Below the pieces are notes generated by a model that saw nothing but the letters and a program-made list of their open reading frames with translations, was not told the origin of the DNA and did no database searches. A program made the translations under genes and the position numbers. From NCBI RefSeq assembly GCF_000315625.1, contig NW_005434627.1, positions 273,295-337,294 of the forward strand: 64,000 bases of DNA. Direction: 5' to 3'. Origin of the DNA: Guillardia theta CCMP2712. Lineage: Eukaryota > Protista > Cryptophyta. The stretch's first letter is position 1; each line of letters starts with the position of its first letter. This document shows, one piece after another, positions 24,302-36,500 of the stretch.

Positions 24302-26370
24302 TCCATCTCCATCTCCATCACTAGTATCATTAGAATCTTACGCTGCCGCAAGGTGTAGCGGGGTCCAGAAATGAGTAGTGCAGGCATCAATCTCCGCCTG
24401 ATTCTGCAAAGAACTCGGACAGTCTGTTTGCAAAATGAAATAAAAACGATTAGAACGAGATTGAAAAGACAAGATATAGAGGCAGCGTCGTTGTCGTCGT
24501 CATCCCCATCATCATCATCATTATCATCATCATCCCCATCATCATCATCAGCATCTCCATCATCATCTCCATCTCCATCTCCATCTCCATCTCCATCTCC
24601 ATCTCCATCTCCATCTCCATCTCCATCATCAAGAATAACCTCTGCATGTCCGAGCATGCAGGCTTCATGCAGCGCAGTCCAGCCATTCTCATCTTCCGCG
24701 TTCACTTTTGCCCCCAGCTGCCCTCCAACAGTCAGAAGCTCTAGAGACTGCCCGCAAACTTCTTGTACGCTGATGAGCAGCTGAACGACTTCTGCATGCC
24801 CAGCGTATGCTGCCCACTTGAGAGCCGTCCGAGCCGCGTTCTGCTGCAGGTGAGGGAGAGCAAGCGCAGAGATCTGCCATGAGGAGGAGGAGGAGCGAGA
24901 GAAGAGAGGAAGGAAGAAAACGGGGGGCAAGAGAAGAAACAAAGGGGAGGAGCTCAGGAGAAGAGGAAGGGATTCAATCTCGAAGGGAGGGGAGTAGAAA
25001 GAGGAGAAGGAGAAGGAGGAGAAGCAAACCTTGCGTAAAGGACCCTCGTCCTCTTGGCTCAGTTCGCTCTTGTGCTCCTGCTGCTCCAGGAAGGAGACAC
25101 GGTCAGCTACATCTGGCAGAGCGAGCAGCAGCATCCTTCTCCACCTTCTTGTCATGGTAGAAGGACAAGCCGTAGCTGCAAACAAAATTGAGAAGAGCAA
25201 AACCTTCACATCCCCTTACATCTCCTTGAAGTGGATCGCAGGATCGTGCTCCCCGTCCACACTCTCCGCCTCCAGCTCTGCCCCAGCTGACACCTGCAAA
25301 GGTCAAGGAAGTCACTCCCTCCTTCTCGTTCCTCCTCCCTCAATGCGCCCCTCGCAGCCATCTCTACCTCCTCCTCTCCGATACTCATCCCCCCTCCGTT
25401 CCACCGGCACCACCAACACACACTTCTGATCCTCCACTTCCTGATGCCCAGCCTCCATCCCTCACGTCCTCCCCCTCCTAATCCTCTTCCTCCTCTCAGT
25501 CACCAGTGCTCGGCAAAGCTCCTTATCGCCTTCCTTGGCCTGCAGGTTTGAGGTCAGATGCAGTCAAGAGGAATCGCCTCGTTCTACCGCATCCCACAGG
25601 ACAGAAGTGTAGAACGCCTGTATGAAGCTATGACTTGCAGCAGGAGGGGCAAAGGCCGAAGACAGGAAGAAGACGAGGAGGGGCAGGGGTAGAAGCAGGA
25701 GCAGCAGGAGAAGGGGCAGGAGCAGGAGCAGCAGGAGAAGGGGCAGGGGCAGGGGCAGGGGCAGGAGGGGCAGGGGCAGGGGCAGGGGCAGGGGCAGGAG
25801 CAGGAGCAGGGGCAGGAGCAGGGGCAGGAGCAGGAGCAGGAGCAGGGGCAGGAGCAGGAGCAGGTCCCACAATTCTCCGTTGATGGAAGGAGCAGCTGAG
25901 GAGGGAGAAGAGCCAGCCCAGGACGCCTTCCAACCACGTCAACCGTCTCCTTCCTCGCCCAGCACATGGTGCCCACCGGTTAATCCTGCGTTGAGAAACC
26001 TCTTCCTTACCCGCAGCATGTCCGAGAGCTTCTCCTCCGAGATCGGAACGACGGCAGGCTGAACGACGGCAGGCTGCAGCCTGACTTGAAGCGTTAGGGG
26101 ACATCCATGGCCGCAGCTGTTGGTCACCTTGACACAGAGTCGTCGCCTCCCCTGAGGGAGAGTACGTGATGATTGCGACCATGAGGAGGGTGAGAAGGGA
26201 AGAGAGAAGGCTGCAGATTTGGGTCAGGGGGCTGGGGATCGCCGACTACGGCTGACCACAGCGTAGCAGGAGGAGAAGAAAAGGACGGCTAAGGGAAAGA
26301 CCCGTCGAGTCTGTTGGTCATTGCAACGTGTCAGGGAAGTTTCACGCGCCCAGCTGTCCTCTTCACCATA
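23460..26370 (-). CDS. Ankyrin-repeat protein with N-terminal hydrophobic segment, multi-exon; ends approximate
   Basis: RTALKWAAYAGHAEVVQLLI, GAKVNAEDENGWTALHEACMLGHAEV, FWTPLHLAAA/YGHLEVVEILHEAGADI, GKLTALDWAK; N-terminal LLSSLLTLLMVAIITY. Confidence 0.82.
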
Positions 26371-27343
26371 TCGGAGGAGGCAGAGGTTCAGTCAATGGTT
26401 CTTCATGACATGGCCATCCCCTGTTGCGTGCTGAGGGGCAGGAAGACATCAGTGATGGAAAGCAGGAGGGTATGGAGGGAAAGCGGGGGGCATCAAACAG
26501 CAACAGTGAGGAGACAGAAGAAGTTGGAGCACTTGCGATGGTGTCTGGTGGACAGAAAGCGGATCTATGCAGAACCCCATCAGAGAGCAGCAGGATGGGG
26601 TGAGGGGGGCAGGAGCAGAGGAGGAGGAGGAGGGAGGAGGGAGGAGGGGGCACGGAGGAGGGGGGCGGGCACTAGTGGGGAGCTGGGGACGGGGGAGCGA
26701 CAGGGGCCGATAACGGGCATGCGGAGTAGGGTTTGGAGAAGCGTCCATCCTGAGGAAGGGGGTGGGGGATAGGGAAGTGCAAAGGGAGGTACATGGGCCT
26801 TTTTAATTAGAGTCAAACTTATAAAATACTCAAGGTTAAGGTACTATGTATCGGAAACCTGGCACTGTGGAGGCCGGAGGATCTCGCGAGAAAGAGTGCG
26901 CCTTAAAATCGCAGGACGGGGGAGGAGGAGGGGAGGTCAGGGGAAGGAGATGTTAGGATGGAAGCGACGGGACAGGACGGTATGGCTGAAGGGAAGGAGG
27001 GGATGTAGCGACTAGAAGTGAAAGGGTTGACATACACTGTGTAAACATAGAATGAAACTACCGAAGTTTTTCTCGATCGAAAAGGCCACAAGAGGTATCT
27101 TCGCCTCCCCAGAGTCTTTTTGTGGGACGATGCTAACACTGAACGAGTGTGAGTCAGACGTAGAGAGAAACAATATTTATTAGTAACGCCGAGGGCAAGA
27201 GCAAGGAGAGAAAGTAGGATATCATCTACAACAGAGTTCGATTCGAGTAGCGTCACAACGCGTGCCCTTGACGCATGTCAGTCGCTCTGCGAGCCATCAA
27301 GCTTCATGTCCGAATCATCGATATCTCGCCCCTGCGTCTCTCA

Positions 27344-28900
27344 TCAGCACCCACAAACAGCCACATCATCCTCGCTCACCGCTAGCAGAGCCGCTCGCTT
27401 CGCCTCCAGTGCCTCCAGCTCCATGGCAACCTCAGGCAGCACGCATGGCTGTCCTCTGAGCTTTGCAAGACGGCGCTGGATCGGTTTCAAGCGCTGGAAC
27501 GGCCACTGTCTGATCCCCATTTTACGGCAGACCTGCATCAGGGATCAGGACGAGTCTCACTCGCCGACTAGCTCTCACCTTCTTGATCGCCGTAGCACAG
27601 ATACCCAGCTTGCGAGCGGCCTCGTTAAGAGGCATGTTGAAGTGCTGCCGGAGAAGATCTGTGCTGAGCTTGACGGGAACGATGCTCGCATCTTGATCAT
27701 TCTGCGGACGACCTCCCAGAGTCTGCTTGCTGCCCTGCCCCCAGCTCCTTCGACGGGGCCTGGGCTTCACCTCCAGGCAGTCTTCGAACTTGAGTCCCGC
27801 ACTGTCCACCAATTCCTTTCCTCCGCTCTTGTCCTTCCCGTTCCCCTTCTGCTCCACGTACTTGACAACAGAGCTGTGGAACGTCACACGGGGCACTGAT
27901 TGCCCAGGAGGGTCGTTGGGCTTCCTCTTCACTCCCCCGTACCCGTGCAGCCCAGCAACAACTGCAGCGGCCGTTGGCTGCCGCATCGGGTCTGTGAACG
28001 GGTCAGCAAGGATCGGGACGGCAAGGACGGGAGAGCTCTTACATGCATTCATCGGCAGGTGATAGTTCCGCTTCTCATCTGCCTTGAAAGGCTCCTGCAT
28101 CGGCCCAGATCTCACTTGGTAGTGATGCTGCAGTGGACCGTTGCCCTCCCGCCACTCGGAGACTGCGGAAGAGATAGCAAGTCAGCACGAGCACGAGCTA
28201 AGGAGAGCAATGCACCAGATATCACGAGGTCTGGAAACATCCTGCTCCTGCGCTCCTGCACTCCAGGTTCCCGATGGTGAGCATTAGGAGCATCTTGGCC
28301 CTTGCCCTTGGCAGGCTGCTGGGCGTCCTGCTGTGGCTTCGAGGCTGCGGACGCTGCGGACTGCACTCCGTCCTTTCCAGAGGTAGATGCTACTAGTGAT
28401 GTGAGATGGCGTGTTAGAGATACGAGTTGTCCTCGCACCTTTGCATGTCGAGGCGGAGGATGGAGCTGAAGGCTCGTCCTTGTCTCCCCCGCTCTGGTCG
28501 AGGAACGAGCTCTCCACGGATTCGATCCACTTCAACGCCTCGTCACTCAGGGTCTCCTGAGCTCCAGGTCAGAGGACAGCAAGAGAGTCACGCAACCACA
28601 CAGGAGGATCAGCACTGATCACAAGCACGCTCACGGACATAGCAATCTCTGTCTCCCTACCTTGGTGTCAACTTTGGCCTCCACAGTCTCGGGGTCTGTC
28701 TCCTCGGACATGTAGTCTCGCCCGGCAGAGTCATCACTAGCATCTCCATGGTTGTCCCAGTATTCCTCTATTGACAAGACCCACTTCTCGCTGTCCAGAG
28801 GAAGCACAGTATCCAAATAAGAATCATCCAACTCTTTCACCCCGTCAAACCAAACTTTCCCTTTGGAAGAGTTTGTCTGTTTTTCACATATCTCAATCAT
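27344..28900 (-). CDS. RWP-RK domain transcription factor (RKD/MID-like), multi-exon
   Basis: LSTDLLRQHFNMPLNEAARKLGICATAIKK/VCRKMGIRQWPFQRLK near the C-terminus; acidic N-terminal exon. Confidence 0.92.
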
Positions 28901-29199
28901 GTTGCTGGTATGTTTTCAGGTAGAAACTCAACTCGATTTCAGCCTCAGCGAGTCGATTCAATCACTCCCTTATGCTGCCTCGACCAGACGTTGCTGTCTA
29001 CTCGGTCAATTTTTTCTCCAGACTGAGGCGTAGAGCCAAGGAGCAAGATCGCGGTGGGAGTGTGCAGAGAGACGACTGAAGGGAGGAGGAGGGAGGAGGA
29101 GACCGAAGAGAAGACTGAGGAGAAGACAGGAGAACAAACAAGAGGGTCAGGGCAGATGAGCTTGGAAGGCTGGAGATGAATCTGGGGAGGACGTTCTCC

Positions 29200-32050
29200 C
29201 CGATGATGCGGGGAAGTAGTTGTAGGGGTGGGTTGTGCTATAGTTTGACTTGGGGTAGAGAGGTCACTTTGGTGGGGTGTAGACCTTTCCTTGGCTCGCC
29301 ACGGGGTGGGGTGGGGGTGGTGTAATACAAGCGGTGACTCCGGAGGTGTGGGGTGAAGAATTTTAAACGCTCCAGGGGCTAGGGGTAGGGTAAAATTGAA
29401 TTAAAATTCTTGTAGGGTAGGGTGGTACAGGTAGCGGTGGTGGGTGGTGACATACCAAGACAATGCGCCAAGTCGATGATTCCCAACCGTTTCATGGAAC
29501 CTGTCTTCTCAAACAAGATGGAAATTTTGATAATAGCTCACATAGCAAAAGCAGCTCCATGTATGGGTAGTGTGCGGGAAGGACAGCAAATGCCCCAATA
29601 GACAATGGCGAAAAAGAATTGGTACTCGCTCAAGGTGGTGGGTGGGGGTAGAATTGGACAATTCAGGGTAGGGTAGCATAAATAACTTGTCCTGGGGTAG
29701 AATGGTCTCGAAAGCTACAGGGGTAGGTAGTAAGACGGTGAGGCGGGTTGGTTTCTTTAAGCATGGAAAAATGGGGTGGGGTGAATGTTGAGGACGGGTG
29801 GTGGAAATTGTATCTGGAGCTGTTCGGAGACCAGGGGGGTGGTTGTTCTAGAGGTGGTAGGCAATCCCGTTGAGAGTTGATCCCGATAGGGGTGGGGAGG
29901 TGAGCAAAAGGGGGTGGGGAGGGGGAAAGGGCCTCTAGGAGCCGACCCTTGGAGGAGACTTAACCCTCTAATAAGAAATTGAAAGAGAGATGCACGTGGA
30001 GAAGCGAGAGGTGACAAGGGGACTAGAAAATCCTGCCGCTGGGGTGGGGTGGGTCAGGTCACAGACGTGTTCCAAGGTTGATTCTCATATTCTTCTAAGG
30101 GGGGGTGGGGCGGTTGGGGGTGGGTGGTAGGGTACAAGGATAGTGTCGGTGTGCCAAAACATTCTAGTTCAGTTGAAGTCAGGTTACAAGGGGGGTGGGG
30201 GAGTAGATGGATCCTTCTATGGGGGAGGGGTCTGTAGCCGGTAGGGTAGTCACAACCCCTGTCTGTGTATTGTCGTACCCTACCCCACTGACTTGTCCAT
30301 GGCCCAGACATAGTTTGACCACCTACCCTGGGAGAACCACAAACTCGAAGCCTTGATTTTTCACGAAGCCCCCACCCCCATTCTGTTTCCCCCACCTGTG
30401 CAGGACCCGTTCATACATGATATTTGTACCCATCGATAGTGTGAGACTTGACCCACATGATCACCCCCACCCCCTGGTATCCCAGTGTCCCTAAAGAGAA
30501 CATTTGACCACTTCTCACCCCACCCCCTTGTTTTGACATTGATTTGTCCGTCACATTGCCTGGACCCCTGGAGCGATACCACCGGGAGGAGCGACCGCCC
30601 ACCCCCTTGTTGAAATACCCCCACCCCTAACAAATTGATTTACAGGCAGGGGGAGCTGGCATGCAACCACACATAAGCACTGGGTAGTATCACCCTACCT
30701 GTAAGTATACAAAGGATTCTTTATTCAACGACGGGTAATGAACAAGTACAGCACGTGAAAATGGGGGAAGGGGGTGGTTGGGGGAATAAAGTTGAGGAGG
30801 GGTGGGTGGGGGAATATGAAGGGTACCGGGGGAATACAAAGAATGGGTGGGTCATCTTGAATTGGGGAAGGGGGTGGATCGTTGTTGAATTTGTTGATGG
30901 GTGGGTTGAAGGTTTGGAAGGGGTAGGGGTAGAAACCGTATAGCGAAGATTCTCGGAAAGTGGCTTGGGGGTAGTCCAGGTTCATGACCAAACAAGCGAG
31001 ATGAGGTGGCAAAATAGAGGTAGGAGGTGGTGTAAGCAAAAGGTCTCATCTACGTGGTACAGCATCGCAAGTTCTATCGTGTAAATGCCTCAGCAGTGGG
31101 GGTACTAAATGCCAGGGTAGGGTGAACGGACCGTGAAGGGTAGGGGTCAGGCATCCCCGAAGGGTAGGTCCTTACGACTGTGGGCGTAGGAGCAGAAGAT
31201 GGAGATACCCTCACTCAAGCACGTAGTACCCGTCCATTCCTTTGTCTGAAATGGGTAAATCTGAGGGTGGGTATATCAGCCGAGTCCCCTAGCTAGTCAT
31301 TGCTATTGACCTCACTCAAGTACCAACGACGAGGGGTGAAAAAGAGCTCATGAAGGGGGTAGGGGTCTACGTCTTTAGGCTACCTCTGGTCGTAGATGAG
31401 AGGTGGTCCGGGTTGTTGGCTCGACAGGGGTAGGTAGAATCAATCGAGGGGGTAGGCTGTGGGGGTAGAGGTGAAAGCACTGCGACAGTCGGCAAATTGA
31501 ATAGAAAGGAAATTAATTTTGGTCGAGGGTGAGGGAGAGAAGAATTGGGGTGTGATTGACAGCATGAAGGGAGGAGGTAGGGGGTCCATGCTATGCAGGG
31601 TCTGCAGGGGTACTGATCTTCATGGGGGTGAGGCATCGAAGTCAAGATGAGAAAGTGCACAGGGTGAAGCTATGGAGATTTTTATTTGGGAGTTTAATAT
31701 CAAACCACAGAAAGGTACCTACGAAGATGGAGAGCGAACGGACGTAACGCATGATGAGGGGGTGGGTAGGGGGAACTAATTTTTTTGAAGGTGTCAAATG
31801 AAGTTTGAACTTTGACGTTGTGAAAGTTTGAAACGAAGAAGTCTCGCGCATGTCTCAGAGGAAAATTTGATCGTATTTGAAAAGACTCTTCTTCGTGGAT
31901 TCACAGGGCATCACCGATCCCTACTGGATGTCCAAGGGACGCTGTATCGTGACTCTTCATCCATTATATTGTCGTGGGTACGTGGGGTGGGTAATAGTGA
32001 TATCTCGGAGCGGGGTGGTCTGGGGGGTCTGCGGACATAATATTATTCGG
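29200..32050. promoter_or_regulatory. Long intergenic region rich in GGGTA/GGGGTG (TACCC/CACCCC) motifs between divergent genes
   Basis: Dense G-run motifs, no credible ORF; the same composition recurs upstream of other genes. Confidence 0.45.
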
Positions 32051-32647
32051 GGTCGTGATCATTCCCCTCTCACGATCTGCTGACAATTTCAGTCAACTTT
32101 GGCCGCGGCCGGCACGGCCGGGCCGAGATGGCGCCGGGCGGGCGCCGGGCGGCCCGATGACAAGACTTCGGGGCCGAGCTTCATATCAACGGAAACAACG
32201 GTCAGCCCGAGAATAGAACAGGCGCCACCATGGTGAGTGCGGGGAAAGCACAGGGAGGGGTGTGAAGGAGAGGAAAGTTAGAGATGGTCGGAAACGCGAC
32301 GGGTGGATCGAACAGACATAGAACGTGTGCCGCAGAGTTGTCGTGTGATGCAGATCGAGGAATGGTGAAAGCCCTTGCTGGTTGATGCGGGTCATCGTGC
32401 ATGGTGGGGAGTCTTGAATGCGAGAGGGCTGCCTTGTGGTTTTGAAGCATTTTTCTTTGTAAAAATGCACATCATGCCCATGTTTCAATGTGTTGTTGTC
32501 GTTGTCTCGGACATGTCCGTGTTATGTTACATGCGAGAATTATTTCGAAGTGTGTGACCTGGCACCTTCTCTTCTTCCGCCAAGCTCCATGTTTGCATCA
32601 TGCCGAATCTGAAGTTTGTCGACAGTGGGAAGATTTGAAGTCAGTCA

Positions 32648-33040
32648 TGGAGAAGAAGACTGCGAAAGCAGTAGCCAAGGCTCCAGTCGCTCATCTCATC
32701 CCCGGTGCAAAGCCCGTTACACAGGCAGAGTTCAAGGTACAAGAGGAAGGGATCCTGGGAAGGAGGAGGAGGAGGGGAGGAGGAGGAGGGGAAGATTTGT
32801 TTCTTCAACGCCTCGGTTGTTGCTGACAGTTTGATGAAAAAGATGTTTCAAGAAGCCCTGAAGGAGAGTCCCAAGGGCAGCTGGTAGCGTTGAGATAATA
32901 ACTGAGAGCATTGGCTGAATTTGTGTGCCAGGGCACCCAGACACCATGCTCGCGTGAACGGAGGCGCTTCTGGTCTGCAACTGTTTGCCTTACTGATTGC
33001 TACTCTGACACATGGTGCAGTCTTCGCAAAGATGGAATAA
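32648..33040 (+). CDS. Small hypothetical protein, multi-exon
   Basis: MEKKTAKAVAKAPVAHLIPGAKPVTQAEFK|gt..ag|FDEKDVSRSPEGESQGQL|gt; in-phase GT-AG junctions. Confidence 0.4.
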
Positions 33041-33590
33041 TCTAACCTGAGAATAAAACAGAGTTCCTTCAGCCTTTGTCGTACACGTCCCGGCGCTGTG
33101 ACACGCGGGGTTGTGGGAGATAAGTTGCAGGGCAGGTGATGAGTTGTAGTCGAGGAAGGTCTTTCTTCAGGCATGAGAGTGTTGTATCCTCTGATATCTG
33201 TCCCCTACCTTCCTCCCCTCCGCTTTCCTGTACTTCTCTCCTCTCTTTACCTTTTCTATCCTGTCCGGTCCCGTCCGGTCCTCCCTCTCAATACATTCCT
33301 TCCCTTTCCTCCCCTACTCTCTCTGTCCCGCTTCTCTGAACTTGACTAATTTCACTCCTTGAAACCTCTACTCGCTCCTGTTCACTACTCTCGTCCGCAC
33401 TTCCCTTTGCTTATTCTTGTGTTTATTCTCTGAAAATCACCATCTTGTTGCTAATGTGATAGTATGGTCAAACTTGCAGCCTTTGACTGTCAAGCTGTTA
33501 AAGGTGAATACCTGTTGTAGGACAAGTTTCCATGTACAAGTGTCCAAGTGCTATCTCCTCACCTCCCCTCCCCTCCTCTCCTCTCTCACA

Positions 33591-36500
33591 TCACGAATAG
33601 AGAATGATATGAGAACGGACGTCTCTTCCTCCCGTTCTCCCCGCCGGCTCCTCCTTCTGTGCAAGGAAAGTTTCCCACACGAGTTTCAACCCGAGCTCGA
33701 AGTTGACCACCCACCTGCCTCAATGTCACTAAAATCTCCCGCTCCTCCCCTCCCTCCTCCCTCCTCCCTCCTCCCTCCTCCCTCCTCCTTCCCAGCCGCT
33801 CGCTACCTCCCCTCCCTCCTCCCTCCATCCCCCTCCATCCCCGCCGCTTACTACCTCTGCGTGTCGAAGAGAGGAGTCTCTAGTCTCTGCGAACGAACTT
33901 TGGACTTGAGCTCCTCCAACTTCTCCCTCCTCCTCCCTAGCACGATTGCCTGCTGCACGTACTCCTCCAGCGTCGGTACCGACATGTGCGGGACGTCATG
34001 GAAGAGCGAAGAGCTGCTGGCTGCGCAAGAGCTCAGCGGGAGCAAGGGAGCAAGGGGGGAAGAGCACCGGCGACGCGAGAAGCATGACGGATGCCAGGAG
34101 TTGTGAGGACAGGCACGCCCTGGAGGAGGAGGACAGTGAGAGAAGAGAGAAGAAAGTCATCGGAGAGGAGCTTGAGACATGAGGAGCAGGAGCAAGAGGT
34201 AGTGAAGAGAAGGAGGAAGAAGGGAGGAGAAGGGAAGAGAAGAGAGAAGGGAGGAAGAAGGGAGGAAGAAGGGAGGAAGAAGAGGATGGGGAAAGAAGAA
34301 GGGGAAGGGGGAGGAAGGGAGAGAAAGGAGGAGGGAGAGGGGAACAGTCACCGCCCAGAGCGAGTCAGTCGTGGTCGTGTGCCCGTTGAAGAGGAGCGTG
34401 TCGAGATGCAGATCTGCTGCCCCCATCCTCAACAAGTTGTTACGCGCGTCCGTCAGCGGGGAGGTGATGAGACGTTCATTGGCAAGGCCTGTGCGCCCAT
34501 GAGACGAGGAGAGGTAAAGTAAGGAGATCAGGGGGGGAGAGGGCGACAAGACGGGAGCAGGCAGGAGGCAGGAGGTAGGAGAGGAGAGGGAGAAGGGAAG
34601 ATGCAGCTGCCAGCAGGCAGGAGGGAAGAACGACCTCTCTTGGCCCACTGTGCTCGTAGTCGTCGTTCTCCCTCAGGAGGATACTGCGATCTTGTGATGA
34701 AGAAGTTTTGCAGCTCGAGCGGCCTACCTGCAGCAACCACAAGACGCTGCCATCCACGTTGGCGATGATGTCCTGCCATGCTCGGAAGAGCGCCGGCTCA
34801 ATCTGAGGGTGGGCCAAAGAGGAGGATGGGAAAGGGTAGTGGAGGTCAGGAGGAGAGGATCATGGCACCACAAGAGGCAACAGGATATAAGGAGGAGAGG
34901 AGGAGAGGATATAAGGAGGAGAGGAGGCGAGGATATAAGGAGGAGAGGAGGAGAGGATATAAAGAGGAGAGGAGGAGAGGAGAGGAGAGGAAAACTCCAT
35001 GTCAGGCACACGCAGCACAATAATCGAGCGACCTTCTGGTAGCTGTTGAAGTTCACGTACACCACCGAGCTGTTCAGGAGCGGGTGGGAGGCCTGGACTT
35101 GAGACCTTGGGAGGGGCCCGCTGTCAATTATGGCGTGGTGAGCTTGTTTGTGGTCATTTAGCTGATAGCTGTGCGGCATGTAGAGCATCTTTTCTTTGTA
35201 CAGACACTGATCGCCATGTCCCTGCGTGCACGCGATCTCTGGTGGGGTTCCCTTCCTGTCTGAGATGTACGAGTCGATGGCATCCCCCTCCCATCGTGCC
35301 GAAGTAGCTGACCCCCGGCAAGATCTGCAGGAAGAGACGATGAGACCTCGTAGAAGCGACCGNNNNNNNNNNNNNNNNNNNNNNNNNNNNNNNNNNNNNN
35401 NNNNNNNNNNNNNNNNNNNNNNNNNNNNNNNNNNNNNNNNNNNNNNNNNNNNNNNNNNNNNNNNNNNNNNNNNNNNNNNNNNNNNNNNNNNNNNNNNNNN
35501 NNNNNNNNNNNNNNNNNNNNNNNNNNNNNNNNNNNNNNNNNNNNNNNNNNNNNNNNNNNNNNNNNNNNNNNNNNNNNNNNNNNNNNNNNNNNNNNNNNNN
35601 NNNNNGAGAGAGAGGAGGAAGGAAGGAGGGGGGGGGGAAGGTGAAGGTTGTCAGGCAGTCAGTCAGTGCGGGATACAAGGGAGGGAAGGGAGGGAGGGAG
35701 GAGCGGGGAGAGTCAGAAAAGCGCTCGCGTGCTGACGGGACGATGAGGTAGCAGGGGACTGACCTCAACAAAGTGTTCGCACTCCTCCGATATCTTTTTG
35801 CGGTACATCGAGCCATCGTTGGGAGAGGTCGCGTAACAGTAGATCTCAAACCTGGAGGAAGCTGATCTCAACAGGGAGGGGGAGGGCAGGGCCACTGGAG
35901 GGAACTAGTTCACCTCGACTTGTCGTGAAATAGGAAGAGATTCTGAATCAGGTAGGAGAGAGGATGCTGCTTGAAATCGGACGAGACGTATCCAACCTTG
36001 ACCCGCCTTCGCCTTCATGTCACTCAGGGTAGGAAAGAACAAACAACAACCTTGAGGGATTCCACTCCCTCTGCTCGCTGATGTCGAATTTTCCTCCTTC
36101 CCCTGTCTCCTTGTGATCTTCGACCTCCTCTCCAACCTGCTTCACTCACCCAACAACGTCTCAAGCATGTGGACAGATCGCTGTTGTGAGCAAGAACAAG
36201 AGCAAGTCAGCACCAGCCGCGTCCCCTCATGTTCATGTCAAGACCCTGGCTGCCTGCTTGGAGAAATGCGCGGCAATATCTCGGCAGAGCTCGACTAGTC
36301 CGTGCAAGCATCAGTGAAAGTCTGCGGACTCCTCGACCTCTCACCGCTGATGGGATAAGTTTCAGCTTGAAAAGGTTGCAGGCTGAGCTTCGGGCTGGTT
36401 GCCATCTGACGACAAGGTGAGAGAGGAGCTGACGCAAGTGATGGGAGCGAGAGGAACCTGCCTCCTCAACATCTTCGACAGCTCTCTCAAGTTCAGGTCC

